A stretch of 64,000 nt of DNA. Origin: a virus. Location: IMG/VR virus record IMGVR_UViG_3300010316_000005, positions 32,001 through 96,000 of that record. One strand, given 5' to 3'. The notes below the pieces were generated by a model, which was given only the letters and a program-made list of their open reading frames with translations, was not told the origin of the DNA and did not search any database. Below are positions 46,469 to 56,134 of this stretch, in pieces (within the stretch, counting starts at the first letter, position 1; each line of letters opens with the position of its first letter). Position numbers and translations under genes: made by a program.

Positions 46469-47779
46469 ATGTCAATCAAAGGCACTTCAAGCAAAACTAA
46501 AAAGAACTGGCAGGAAGATCCAAATCTTACGCCAGAAGAACTCAAGGTTATGGGCGCCGCAGTCCTTGATCGTATTATTACTGCTCGTATCGGCTTGCTC
46601 CTAAAGCACCCGTTCTTTGGTAACCTTGCTACTCGGTTGAAGATCCAGGCGTGTGACGGTTGGTGCCCGACTGCGGCAACAGATGGCCGCAGCTTGTATT
46701 ACAACACTCAGTTCTTCAATGCAATGTCAAACAAAGAGATCGAGTTTGTTATTGCACACGAAATCCTTCACTGCGTGTACGATCACTTGTCGCGTCGTGA
46801 TAGCCGTGATCCTCAGCTTTATAACATTGCCGCTGACTACATTGTTAACAACATCCTTGTTGACGAGCGCATTGGTATTAAGCCAAAGATTGTTGATTGT
46901 TTCCAAGACTTTAAGTACCGCGGTTGGGCTTCTGAAGAAGTATACGATGCACTTCACGAAGAAGCCCAAAAGAATGGCGGCGACAAGAGCTTCCTTGATA
47001 AGCTTGGCGAAATGCTCGACGAACACTATGACTGGAGCAAAGACCCGAACGACGATGAACAGAAAGACGGCGAAGGCAACCCACAAGGCGGTGGCGGACG
47101 TCCTCAATATTCTGAGGAAGAACTGCGTCAGATTGCCGACGAAGTTAAAGAAGCTATGATTAACGCGGCTCAAAGTGCTGGTGCAGGTAATGTTCCTGCA
47201 GGCGTAGCGCGGATGATCAAAGAATTGACTGAGCCTAAGATGAACTGGCGTGAATTGCTGCGTCAGCAAATCCAAAGCATGATTCGCAGCGACTTTACTT
47301 TCCAGCGTCCAAACCGTAAGAGCCAGATGTCCGGCGCTATTCTTCCAGGACAGGACTTCCAAGACACTATTGACATTTGTGTTAGCTTGGACATGTCGGG
47401 TTCGATTGGTAACGAACAAGCTCAAGATTTCCTTTCAGAGATCAAAGGCATTATGGACGAGTACCAGGACTATAAGATCACTGTATGGTGTTTTGACACT
47501 AAGGTCTACAACGAGCAAGAGTTCACTTCAGACGGTGGCGACGACTTGCTAGACTATGAGATCATGGGCGGTGGCGGCACCGACTTTGACGCTAACTGGG
47601 AATACATGAAAGAACAGGACATTGTGCCTAAGAAGTTCATCATGTTTACAGATGGTTATGCTTGGAACAACTGGGGTGATCCAGACTACTGTGATACAAT
47701 CTTCCTTATTCACGGTAACCACGATCGTTCACTTGAAGGTCCGTTTGGCATGACAGTCCACTACGAGGACGCGCAATGA
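46469..47779 (+). CDS. HExxH metallopeptidase-like plus VWA domain protein
   Basis: TAATDG, AHEILH, NIAAD; DMSGS, GGGGTDF, FTDG. Confidence 0.85.
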   Translation: MSIKGTSSKTKKNWQEDPNLTPEELKVMGAAVLDRIITARIGLLLKHPFFGNLATRLKIQACDGWCPTAATDGRSLYYNTQFFNAMSNKEIEFVIAHEILHCVYDHLSRRDSRDPQLYNIAADYIVNNILVDERIGIKPKIVDCFQDFKYRGWASEEVYDALHEEAQKNGGDKSFLDKLGEMLDEHYDWSKDPNDDEQKDGEGNPQGGGGRPQYSEEELRQIADEVKEAMINAAQSAGAGNVPAGVARMIKELTEPKMNWRELLRQQIQSMIRSDFTFQRPNRKSQMSGAILPGQDFQDTIDICVSLDMSGSIGNEQAQDFLSEIKGIMDEYQDYKITVWCFDTKVYNEQEFTSDGGDDLLDYEIMGGGGTDFDANWEYMKEQDIVPKKFIMFTDGYAWNNWGDPDYCDTIFLIHGNHDRSLEGPFGMTVHYEDAQ

Positions 47780-48051
47780 CAAAGAAGGTTAGGCCCTTTA
47801 ATGTTCACAAGGTCCGGAAGGTAACTTTCCTTCCGGATCATTTCGAATCTGTAGCAATTGCAGCGTCGCCTCGAAATCAAAGTAAAATTGCTCAATGGAT
47901 CGACGATAATCTCTCAAACCGATATTTCGTTAACAGAGTAACAGACGTTGACCAAACTAATAAAATTACCTACAAAATTAAAGTAGGTTTTGAAGAGGCA
48001 AAAGAGATGTCATTTTTCATGATAGCATGTCCACTTTTGACCGATAACTAA
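47776..48051 (+). CDS. Hypothetical protein
   Basis: ATGA coupling. Confidence 0.6.
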   Translation: MTKKVRPFNVHKVRKVTFLPDHFESVAIAASPRNQSKIAQWIDDNLSNRYFVNRVTDVDQTNKITYKIKVGFEEAKEMSFFMIACPLLTDN

Positions 48052-48096
48052 ATAATATACGCATATATACTAGTAACAATTAAGGAGTAATATTGT

Positions 48097-48330
48097 ATGG
48101 CTAAAGATACTACAGCTAAAGAAGAAAAAGAAACTTCGCCAGCAGCAGAAGAAAATGAAGTTGAATTAACTCTTCAGGATCTAGCAGGGCTAAAACAAAT
48201 CATTGACGTAGCAAGTGCCCGTGGAGCATTTAAGCCTAACGAAATGGTTTCAGTCGGACAAATCTATACAAAGCTTGAGACTTTCCTTACTTCAGTGGAA
48301 GCTCAACAGAAGGCAGCACAAGGAGCATAA
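48097..48330 (+). CDS. Hypothetical protein
   Basis: AAGGAG RBS; IIDVASARGAFK. Confidence 0.65.
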   Translation: MAKDTTAKEEKETSPAAEENEVELTLQDLAGLKQIIDVASARGAFKPNEMVSVGQIYTKLETFLTSVEAQQKAAQGA

Positions 48331-48331
48331 T

Positions 48332-48976
48332 ATGTCTAATCACAAACACGTTGGCAGAATCGCTAGAACTAAAGCGTCAGTAGTTGTTGCGTATCGAGTA
48401 GTACCGGGCGAGCCTGATAACTGTCTTGTAGTTACTACTTCAAATTTATCCGCTGACGAACACGATGCACTAATTCGAACAGTAGAATCAACAGCCGGGC
48501 AACAATCAGAAGAATTTGCTACCGTAATGGCACGAACAAAACTTCCAGACGGCAGAACCATGCTTCCTTGGTTCCACGCATCAGGAAAGTTAGTAAAGGT
48601 TCCCACTAACACTGTCGAAATGATGCCTAACAGAAATACTTCTATTATGCTCAATGAGCTGAACAACCTTATCGCGGCGCAGCGCGGCGTAACAGTAGCA
48701 GATCTTGCTATTGGCGGTTCAAGGCCCGCTCCTGTTGCAGAGAAGCCTGTTAGCGCAGAAGAAGCAGTAGCAGCATACACTACAGGGGCGCAGGCTCCTC
48801 TTGTAGCTGCTGATGACGGAGTGCTAGACGATGCTGCTATTGCAGCTAAGTTACGCAGTGATGCTGACAGAATGTACAAAGAGGCAAAGTCTCTACGTGA
48901 TCAAGCTGAAGCGTTGGTTCCTACAAAAAAGACTGTTAGAAAAACTACTAAGAAAGTAGATGACAAAGTCTCCTAA
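48332..48976 (+). CDS. Hypothetical phage protein
   Basis: AGGAG before ATG 48332. Confidence 0.65.
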   Translation: MSNHKHVGRIARTKASVVVAYRVVPGEPDNCLVVTTSNLSADEHDALIRTVESTAGQQSEEFATVMARTKLPDGRTMLPWFHASGKLVKVPTNTVEMMPNRNTSIMLNELNNLIAAQRGVTVADLAIGGSRPAPVAEKPVSAEEAVAAYTTGAQAPLVAADDGVLDDAAIAAKLRSDADRMYKEAKSLRDQAEALVPTKKTVRKTTKKVDDKVS

Positions 48977-49274
48977 GAAGAAACAACCCCCCCAGGAAGC
49001 AGACGCTTGGGAAGACGATATCCTTAAAGATGTTGAAATCAAGGCTATACCATTTGAGTATATCAAAGATATCAATATTGTTTTTAGCAGTGGCGAAGAG
49101 TTGAACATTAAGATTGATCAATCAGAGCCATATGAGGACATTGAAGACTATCTCGAACAAATAATGGAAGAACGTGAAGACGAGATAGACGGGGTTGATT
49201 TCAATTTAAATACAACTAAAGTAAAAAAAGATATGGCCAAGCTAACTAAAAGATTTCTCAAAAAAAGAAAATGA
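48960..49274 (+). CDS. Hypothetical acidic protein
   Basis: Operonic ORF. Confidence 0.6.
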   Translation: MTKSPKKKQPPQEADAWEDDILKDVEIKAIPFEYIKDINIVFSSGEELNIKIDQSEPYEDIEDYLEQIMEEREDEIDGVDFNLNTTKVKKDMAKLTKRFLKKRK

Positions 49275-49329
49275 GATATCTTTTAAAAGGCATAAATACT
49301 TATAACAACGAATTCTAGGAGTTATAAGT

Positions 49330-50463
49330 ATGCCATTACGTCTGAGACGCGGAACCGATGCAGTTCGTCAAACGATTACCCCAGCTGAGGGCGAATTAAT
49401 TTATGTTACCGATACCGTAGAAGTATGGGTAGGTGATGGTGCTACGCCGGGTGGGATATTTGTAACCGGCGAAGTACCTCGATTCATTGACGATTTAAAC
49501 GATGTTGATACCTCAATTGGTGTTAGTGTAAACGATTTTCTTGCATGGGACGGCGTAAACTTTATACCAATCAACATCTTTGGTGTAGCGAACAATGAAA
49601 CATTTCAACTCAACATCGAAGATAATAATAACAACTTAGTAGTTGATTTTGCCAGTTCGAGCCACTACGGTACATTTATAGGTGTCCTACAAGGTGACGT
49701 AGTAGGATCAGTCTTTTCAGATAATTCAACAAGAATTATCAACGGAGAAACAGGATCAATCGAAGCATCGATTATTGAGCCGCCAGGTAACCTTAACATC
49801 AACAGTTCGCTAGGCGGACAAACTCGAGTAGAAATTAACAGCCAAGACAACCGCTCTATTCTTAAATTAACTAGAAACACTGCGTCTGATCTAACCGGTG
49901 ACCTTGTGTCACAGTACGGTGCTATTCACTTTGAAAGAGATGATATAAATGGACCATTGGTTACTGGAGTAATTTTTGGTAGAGAAGATTCGATTGTATT
50001 CGGAAACAGCGCAGATGGAGTATTAGCGACTGAAGACAAATATTTTGTCTGGAAGAATAACAAGTTTGGCATCGGCGTTGGTGCACCAACAGAAGCACTA
50101 GATGTAGCAGGTAACGCAAATATTTCAGGTACGTTAGTAGCGGCGGCATTACAAGGCACACTAACACTAGACGATTCAACTATTGTTATTGACGGAATTA
50201 CTGGTAATATTACATCGCCGGGAATTGTATCAGGTGCATCATTGCAAGGTACGCTAACACTAGACGATTCAACTATTGTTATTGACGGTATTGACGGTAG
50301 CATTATTGCTCCGAGTTATGTACAGTTTGGTAGCTTTACAACAACCGAACGTAACTTGCTAGTAGCAGCAAATGGCATGGTAGTTTACAACACTACAACT
50401 AATAAGTTTAACGGTTATCAGAATGGTGCGTGGATCAATATAGACGACGGTTCGGCGGCATAA
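49330..50463 (+). CDS. Tail fibre / Mtd-N-terminus-like virion protein
   Basis: LRLRRGT...PAEGELIYVTDT...GDG; late motif; internal repeat. Confidence 0.7.
   Translation: MPLRLRRGTDAVRQTITPAEGELIYVTDTVEVWVGDGATPGGIFVTGEVPRFIDDLNDVDTSIGVSVNDFLAWDGVNFIPINIFGVANNETFQLNIEDNNNNLVVDFASSSHYGTFIGVLQGDVVGSVFSDNSTRIINGETGSIEASIIEPPGNLNINSSLGGQTRVEINSQDNRSILKLTRNTASDLTGDLVSQYGAIHFERDDINGPLVTGVIFGREDSIVFGNSADGVLATEDKYFVWKNNKFGIGVGAPTEALDVAGNANISGTLVAAALQGTLTLDDSTIVIDGITGNITSPGIVSGASLQGTLTLDDSTIVIDGIDGSIIAPSYVQFGSFTTTERNLLVAANGMVVYNTTTNKFNGYQNGAWINIDDGSAA
50161..50288 (+). repeat. 35-bp exact direct repeat, 93-nt period, in tail-fibre gene
   Basis: CTAACACTAGACGATTCAACTATTGTTATTGACGG at 50161-50195 and 50254-50288. 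Confidence 0.9.
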
Positions 50464-50484
50464 TAAAATAAAGGAAATATTCTT

Positions 50485-50970
50485 CTGTCACTTATAATTA
50501 AAAAAATTGGTGAGGTTGATTTAGACTTATTAAAGTCAGAACTTTCAGTATTATTAGAAAGCACTGACTCTAGTCCTCAACAAACTAGTTTTCAAGGATT
50601 TGCCGAAGGCGACTTTAACGGCGCAAATGGAAAAACAACAGAGCTTGCTGGCAGCGAGACTGACTGTACAGCAATACTATTTCCAGACAGCTATGATTAT
50701 TTGTATTCATTAATAGATGAATACAAAATGTATCGTACTAGATTAATGCTATTGCCAGATAAAAGAAACTATAGCTGGCATTTAGATTACTCTGCCAGAC
50801 TACATATTCCCCTTATCACTAACGAAAGTTGTTTCTTCATTATAGAAGAACAGAAGTATTATCTGCCCGCAGACGGAAGTGTGTATTGGGTAGATACTAC
50901 TAAGTGGCATACGTTTGTTAATGCTAATAGAAATGAATTTATGCGTTCTCACATTGTAGGATGTATATAA
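50485..50970 (+). CDS. Asp/Asn beta-hydroxylase-like Fe(II)/2OG oxygenase, probable CTG start
   Basis: YSWHLD..RLHIPL...HTFVN..R.H; frame open from 50467 and aligns with paralog N-terminus. Confidence 0.7.
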   Translation: MSLIIKKIGEVDLDLLKSELSVLLESTDSSPQQTSFQGFAEGDFNGANGKTTELAGSETDCTAILFPDSYDYLYSLIDEYKMYRTRLMLLPDKRNYSWHLDYSARLHIPLITNESCFFIIEEQKYYLPADGSVYWVDTTKWHTFVNANRNEFMRSHIVGCI

Positions 50971-51476
50971 TGTGGCCAATAAAAAGAATAGGCGAAATTG
51001 ATTTAGATCGATTAATGGACGAGATCGGTCATATTGAAAAGCCTAAAGAAGGACCTAGACAATACCCCTTTCAAAAAAAGGAAGGCATAGAAGCAGAAGC
51101 TGCCAAAGGCACAAACTTTGTACTAAGAACAGACGAGTTTGATTTTAACACCCTAATACATCCAAAATTTAAATACATAAATTCAATTATCAACAAGTAC
51201 GATATGTTCAGAACTCGTAAAATGTGGATGCACGAAAAGTTCGTGTATGCGTGGCACGTTGATAATAGTCCAAGAATCCATATACCGTTATACACTAACG
51301 AGAATTGTATGTGGATTATTGAAGAGTGTGTTTATAGAATCCCAGCAGATGGCGGAGTATATCTTGTAGATACTACTGTGCCTCATACGTTTTTAAATGC
51401 TAACGCTGATCCGTTTTTGAGAACTCACATAGTAGGAGCAACTACTATACCGATATCACAGGATCGTTCTTCATAG
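50970..51476 (+). CDS. Asp/Asn beta-hydroxylase-like Fe(II)/2OG oxygenase
   Basis: YAWHVD..RIHIPL...PHTFLN..R.H. Confidence 0.75.
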   Translation: MWPIKRIGEIDLDRLMDEIGHIEKPKEGPRQYPFQKKEGIEAEAAKGTNFVLRTDEFDFNTLIHPKFKYINSIINKYDMFRTRKMWMHEKFVYAWHVDNSPRIHIPLYTNENCMWIIEECVYRIPADGGVYLVDTTVPHTFLNANADPFLRTHIVGATTIPISQDRSS

Positions 51477-51897
51477 GATCACCGACTGTCATTCCGGGCC
51501 TTCGGTGATCGTTTCTGACTACTTGTAATATCACATTGCTCGATAAAATGTATTCAAATAGCTCTGCTTTTTCTTGTTCAGATAATGTTTGTTCTTTGCG
51601 CGTGTATGGTTTGTCAAAGTTGCTTAAAAAATACGTTTCGTCTACTTTAGAATCAAATTCTTGTCGTGCTGCTTTTGAATCCCATATTTGATATAGCGTA
51701 AATTTGTTGCCGTCGATTACTTTAGCACGGATAATAAGTTTGCCGGTGTCTCTTGCGTGTCTGTACGCAGTACCGTAATTTTTCCAAAAGTTTTCGTCGG
51801 GCAATAAGCTTTGAAACCTTTTAGATTTGTTTGTTAAATAATCCTGGAAGAAATCGCCGTGTTCAGTTTCAAACGTCGTTAGCCAATATTCTTTCAT
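51445..51897 (-). CDS. Hypothetical protein, possible dimeric alpha/beta barrel
   Basis: FTLYQIWDSKAARQEF resembles ABM-type pattern. Confidence 0.45.
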   Translation of the reverse strand: MKEYWLTTFETEHGDFFQDYLTNKSKRFQSLLPDENFWKNYGTAYRHARDTGKLIIRAKVIDGNKFTLYQIWDSKAARQEFDSKVDETYFLSNFDKPYTRKEQTLSEQEKAELFEYILSSNVILQVVRNDHRRPGMTVGDPMKNDPVISV

Positions 51898-53233
51898 TTT
51901 CTTTTTCCAATTTACGGAGTATGAGCGTCTCTTGCTGTGCTATACGCTTATCTCCTTTTAACCCGATTTCTTGCGACAGTTCAGTAACTTGCTTCCAACG
52001 TTCGTACCGCTTTGCGTATGTTAGTTCTCCGTCTTTTGTCCAACTGCGCCATAATTGAACATCTCCATGCCAACGTTCTTTATCTTCGTATATTTCTGTG
52101 TCGGGCATTAGCATCGCTATATTAGTACGAACCTCAACATAATTTTTGTAAGGCTCAGACTTACGCAACAGCTCTAGTGTATCTTCAAAGTCTTCTTCTG
52201 TTTCTGTAGGATATCCTACAATAAGCAAATACAACATATCGATCTTGCGCTTTCCTAATGCTTCGATGCTAGTATACATATCAGTGTTATTAAACTTTTT
52301 CTTCATATGCCAGCGGACGTTTTCACTGCCACTTTCAATTCCAATCCACAAGCCTTTACAACCGCTTGCTGCTACGTTATCCCAATCTTCATCAGTCATT
52401 CCGCTACGGAAAATAAACTGGCCTCTCCATTCAATTGGCAGATTTGCCTTAGCAAGTGCTTTACAGAATACCCTAAACTCTTTCATTGACCCGTTAACTA
52501 AGCTATCACTGAAGTGAAATTTGTTAACTCCGTAGGTGTGATACTGGTGTATCATTTCGTTAGCAACATCAGTGCCTGGCCTAAATTTGTACTTCTTCCA
52601 ATTAGCGTGTACGTCACAGAACGTACACTGTCTTACACAGCCTCTTGACCCTGTAACAATAAGCGTAGGTTTGCTGTATAAGCTAAAGTCAATGTCGCTA
52701 TAATCAGGTATTGGCATATTTGATAAATCATCCATTTGAGGGAATCGATGTGGCTCGCCTCGTATCAGCGCAGGTAATGATCTATCTCCTTCTCCAGATA
52801 GTGCGTGGTCTGCTAATCCATCATTAATCATTTGTTGACCAAAGTTTATTTGGAGTACCTTCAAGTCACTATGATTATTAGTAAGTCCTGACCCGCCTAA
52901 TACAATTTTAGCGTCTGACATTTCTCGAATGACACTAAGAAACAACTTAGTAAATATTTGACTGTTGAGCGTAAACACACTACATCCGATCCATTCATAA
53001 TCAACTAACTGCTTACAGTATTCTTTGATAAACTCACCGTATGCCGGAAGATAGTTGTCTCCCGTTTCGCACCATGCCACTGCGTCATCGCCAAACTCTG
53101 TAAGAAATGCATGATTTAAATCATAGCAAGTACTATCAATACCTTCACGATTTAGTACTCCTTTTAGGAATACAATGCTAGGGGCAGGATGCCAATAGTT
53201 TTGACTCGGCATTGAAAGTAATGCTATACTCAT
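51869..53233 (-). CDS. B12-binding-domain radical SAM protein
   Basis: N-terminal B12-like domain (IVLGG, GEGD), SRGCVRQCTFC, GIESGS, VGYPTET. Confidence 0.85.
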   Translation of the reverse strand: MSIALLSMPSQNYWHPAPSIVFLKGVLNREGIDSTCYDLNHAFLTEFGDDAVAWCETGDNYLPAYGEFIKEYCKQLVDYEWIGCSVFTLNSQIFTKLFLSVIREMSDAKIVLGGSGLTNNHSDLKVLQINFGQQMINDGLADHALSGEGDRSLPALIRGEPHRFPQMDDLSNMPIPDYSDIDFSLYSKPTLIVTGSRGCVRQCTFCDVHANWKKYKFRPGTDVANEMIHQYHTYGVNKFHFSDSLVNGSMKEFRVFCKALAKANLPIEWRGQFIFRSGMTDEDWDNVAASGCKGLWIGIESGSENVRWHMKKKFNNTDMYTSIEALGKRKIDMLYLLIVGYPTETEEDFEDTLELLRKSEPYKNYVEVRTNIAMLMPDTEIYEDKERWHGDVQLWRSWTKDGELTYAKRYERWKQVTELSQEIGLKGDKRIAQQETLILRKLEKENERILANDV

Positions 53234-54018
53234 ATTGTCTGCCAAGGTTGCAACAAAGTTTTTCTCCACAATAGTCGTTCTCTGGAATCTTTAATTGTGC
53301 CGCGATAATGTAAGTTAACCCAGTTATCTAGTATTAGCAAATCACCGTTGTTCCAGTTATGCCGATGTAAGTATTTATACGTCATCATAGAGTTAAACCA
53401 ACTAGAAATTTCATCGTCTAATACCAAATCTCTGTTAGGCTTTTGTATTGCCATAGTAAAACTAAATCTAGGAGCAGGTACACCTTCGTCTGGCGCTAGA
53501 CCAAACACCTTGCTATCTACTCTCATTGCGCCCCAATAAAAGCTTTCTTTTCCTGTTATAGGATGTGTTTTAATAAAACTGCTCCAGAATGGTTGACATC
53601 CGTTCTTATAATCTTGTGTTAGAACTTGCAAGCTACGCAAGTACTCTTTAGTATCGTCGGGCTGATCTTCAAACCATTTTGTTATATTAAGAAAGTATAT
53701 CTCACCATCATTAGGATCTGGTATATCTACTGCGTAGAAAGCTCTTAACGGAAATCTGTATTTTTCGTGCCACGGGTTATCGGCGTGCCAGGGTATACTC
53801 ATACTGCCAAATCTTGTCTTGCTAGACCAGTCGACTACTTGGTCTTCGTTTAAAGTTTCGGTGTGAATCTTGTGAATTTCAGCCGACCAAGGTGTTGTTA
53901 CACTAGAGCAGAATTCAAAAAACTCTTGCTTGGTTAGATTAACGTTAGCCTGGTGCCAGAACCCTTTTTCGCGGGCAATATCAACTATTTCTTGTGGTGT
54001 ATTTAAAATATGGGTCAA
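53230..54018 (-). CDS. TauD/TfdA-family dioxygenase
   Basis: WHAD, HPITGK, W..GDLLILDNWVNLH.R, RLLWR. Confidence 0.85.
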   Translation of the reverse strand: MTHILNTPQEIVDIAREKGFWHQANVNLTKQEFFEFCSSVTTPWSAEIHKIHTETLNEDQVVDWSSKTRFGSMSIPWHADNPWHEKYRFPLRAFYAVDIPDPNDGEIYFLNITKWFEDQPDDTKEYLRSLQVLTQDYKNGCQPFWSSFIKTHPITGKESFYWGAMRVDSKVFGLAPDEGVPAPRFSFTMAIQKPNRDLVLDDEISSWFNSMMTYKYLHRHNWNNGDLLILDNWVNLHYRGTIKDSRERLLWRKTLLQPWQTI

Positions 54019-54655
54019 CCCATTCCTCCTCGATCCAGTCTGGCCTGCTTACTTTCATTTCGAATAAACTTTCTTCGATTAATTTTTTATATGCGTTAGT
54101 ATCTTCGCCATGCCACGGGGCTCCTACGCATAGTGTAATCTTTTCTTCTTTGCCGGGATCTAAGCTATGTGGATGACTGCCATCTAATACATAGCTGTTA
54201 TACAAACTAGGCACATATACCTTTTTACCGTTGCGGTCTAGGAAGTACAGCTTGTCTATTTCTCCTGCTAGCGCAATCCTAAATTTGTGCTGTCTAGTGC
54301 CTACTTCGTTAGCGTTAGTATCAAGATGCGTGTTCAGCCCATGACCAGCTTGTGTGCGCAGTACATTAAGTCTCCCGGCTGGCATCATCCAGCTGAATAT
54401 CTTCTCTTCAAATATCTTTATGCTGTTAGTTAGGTACGGCTCGGCATCAGTGTACTTAAATTTACCCGAGGTAGTATCACCTGTTTCTTCGCGTTGCCCT
54501 CTAACGCCGCCACCGTTATAGATAGGCAATATTCGGCAACCTCTGAAACTGTTGTCTTGGTAAAGTTCAAAAGGGACAGATAATACTTCATTTAATATAG
54601 TATCTTTATCTTGCTGAGTTAGACCTATATCAATTGCGCAAAATGTAAAGTCCAT
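53981..54655 (-). CDS. Fe(II)/2OG cupin oxygenase
   Basis: LNTHLD...HPHS. Confidence 0.65.
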   Translation of the reverse strand: MDFTFCAIDIGLTQQDKDTILNEVLSVPFELYQDNSFRGCRILPIYNGGGVRGQREETGDTTSGKFKYTDAEPYLTNSIKIFEEKIFSWMMPAGRLNVLRTQAGHGLNTHLDTNANEVGTRQHKFRIALAGEIDKLYFLDRNGKKVYVPSLYNSYVLDGSHPHSLDPGKEEKITLCVGAPWHGEDTNAYKKLIEESLFEMKVSRPDWIEEEWVDPYFKYTTRNS

Positions 54656-55288
54656 CTACCATTTCCTTTCAACTGATTCCCACGGAACTGGGTCATCAAA
54701 TAGCTGAAATCTATTTCCGCTCTGATAAGTTTCTACTAATTTATGCCAAGGAACAACTGTCATATGTGTTTTTAGTATAAGTCTCTCTGTGGGCTCATCA
54801 TTAAAAACAGCATGTGGTCTGTTTACATTCAAGAAACAAGGATTGATGTATTCGTGTCTTGTAATTTCTGTTTTGTTATCTTGGAATAGTGCTATTTCAG
54901 TTTTTCCCTTTAAAGGAATGTTAAACGCCGATAGAGCAAGCAAGTTGTAGTTTACGTGTGGCATAAAGTATCCACCCGGTGGTTGACCTAAAAATGTAAA
55001 TTTGATAACATGTTTTATTTGTTCCCAATTAATATAAACATCACTTTTTTCGGCAATGTTTTTTACTCTAGCATATACTTCACGCCAAAGATTCATATTA
55101 CAATCGTAACATAAATGGTGTACTATTTGATCGTCTTGATCTCTTTTTAGAACATCGTGAGAATTATCAAATTTAGATCGTACCTTTGTTTCGTAAAATT
55201 CTAACAGTTCAGCTTTATCTGCTTCAAAACCATTATATCCCTGTGTTTCAGCAAAACGATCTTCAAATCTATAACGTAATTGCTTCAT
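54656..55288 (-). CDS. Cupin oxygenase-like protein with HxN motif
   Basis: MPHVN...FNIPL...RPHAVFN...R. Confidence 0.6.
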   Translation of the reverse strand: MKQLRYRFEDRFAETQGYNGFEADKAELLEFYETKVRSKFDNSHDVLKRDQDDQIVHHLCYDCNMNLWREVYARVKNIAEKSDVYINWEQIKHVIKFTFLGQPPGGYFMPHVNYNLLALSAFNIPLKGKTEIALFQDNKTEITRHEYINPCFLNVNRPHAVFNDEPTERLILKTHMTVVPWHKLVETYQSGNRFQLFDDPVPWESVERKW

Positions 55289-56134
55289 TTAAAATATCCT
55301 TCTATAATCAAAAGAAAGTCTGTATAACAACCTGTCTCCTTCGACGGCATTGCGCTTATGAATACTATGAAACTGATCCATGAATACAAAGTCACCAGTT
55401 TGCCAATCGTTGTGATGATATATATATTTTTCCTGAAATACGTGTTTCATCAAATAGTCACGCAACCAAGTTTCATCTAATAATACTCCATCTCGCCTTG
55501 ACATTTGCTGGATGTAATGAAAAACAAAATACAAGCCTCTTTCCTTAGTCCAAGGATGCGTATACACCAACGGCTTTGTTACGCCGTCTACAAAAGCAGG
55601 ATGCTGTTCGAAAATTTGCAGTTCTCTGTCATCTTCATCTAAATCATAGAAGGATCCGTTTTTGAACTTAAACAAGCACTCAACTTGATCTACTATCTCC
55701 TTTATATCAGTAGGAAGATCAGTGTATGCGCGGCGAGTATCACAGAAGCTAGTTATGCTGCCTGTACCCGGCTTTACACAATACAGTGCTACACAGGCTT
55801 CTTTGCCACTAGGGCGACCGTTTCCGTTAGAGTGCCAGTCTAACTCTTTGTCAGCAAACAATCCTGTCTTTTCACCATCCTTGCGCTCATTGGTTACCCT
55901 AAACAATCCGGGATATTCCGGATGCATAAAGAATTGATCCGGCTTCATACAATGCCCAATAGCTTCGCAAACTTCTAGCACTTTGCTTTCATGAAGCTTC
56001 TGGTTACGTACTAATATTACATTATCAACTGGAATATGTCTACCAAATTCTTGTAGTTCATCTGTTGACATTGCATTAAAATCAACATCGTATTCTACGC
56101 CAACGCCTGGCAAATCTCTAACTTTTTTCATCAT
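55289..56134 (-). CDS. TauD/TfdA-family dioxygenase with HxN motif
   Basis: LDWHSN, T.FCDT..AY..LP, HPWT, W..GDFVFMDQ..SIH.R. Confidence 0.8.
   Translation of the reverse strand: MMKKVRDLPGVGVEYDVDFNAMSTDELQEFGRHIPVDNVILVRNQKLHESKVLEVCEAIGHCMKPDQFFMHPEYPGLFRVTNERKDGEKTGLFADKELDWHSNGNGRPSGKEACVALYCVKPGTGSITSFCDTRRAYTDLPTDIKEIVDQVECLFKFKNGSFYDLDEDDRELQIFEQHPAFVDGVTKPLVYTHPWTKERGLYFVFHYIQQMSRRDGVLLDETWLRDYLMKHVFQEKYIYHHNDWQTGDFVFMDQFHSIHKRNAVEGDRLLYRLSFDYRRIF

Noticed and set aside
46653-47425. Long overlapping and antisense ORFs (also 40834-41319, 48340-48879, 22237-22818)
   Set aside because: Shadow frames of well-supported genes with no motifs or RBS.
50161-50288. Diversity-generating retroelement TR/VR pair in the Mtd-like gene
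   Set aside because: In-frame tandem duplication with no adenine-specific pattern and no reverse transcriptase in the window.
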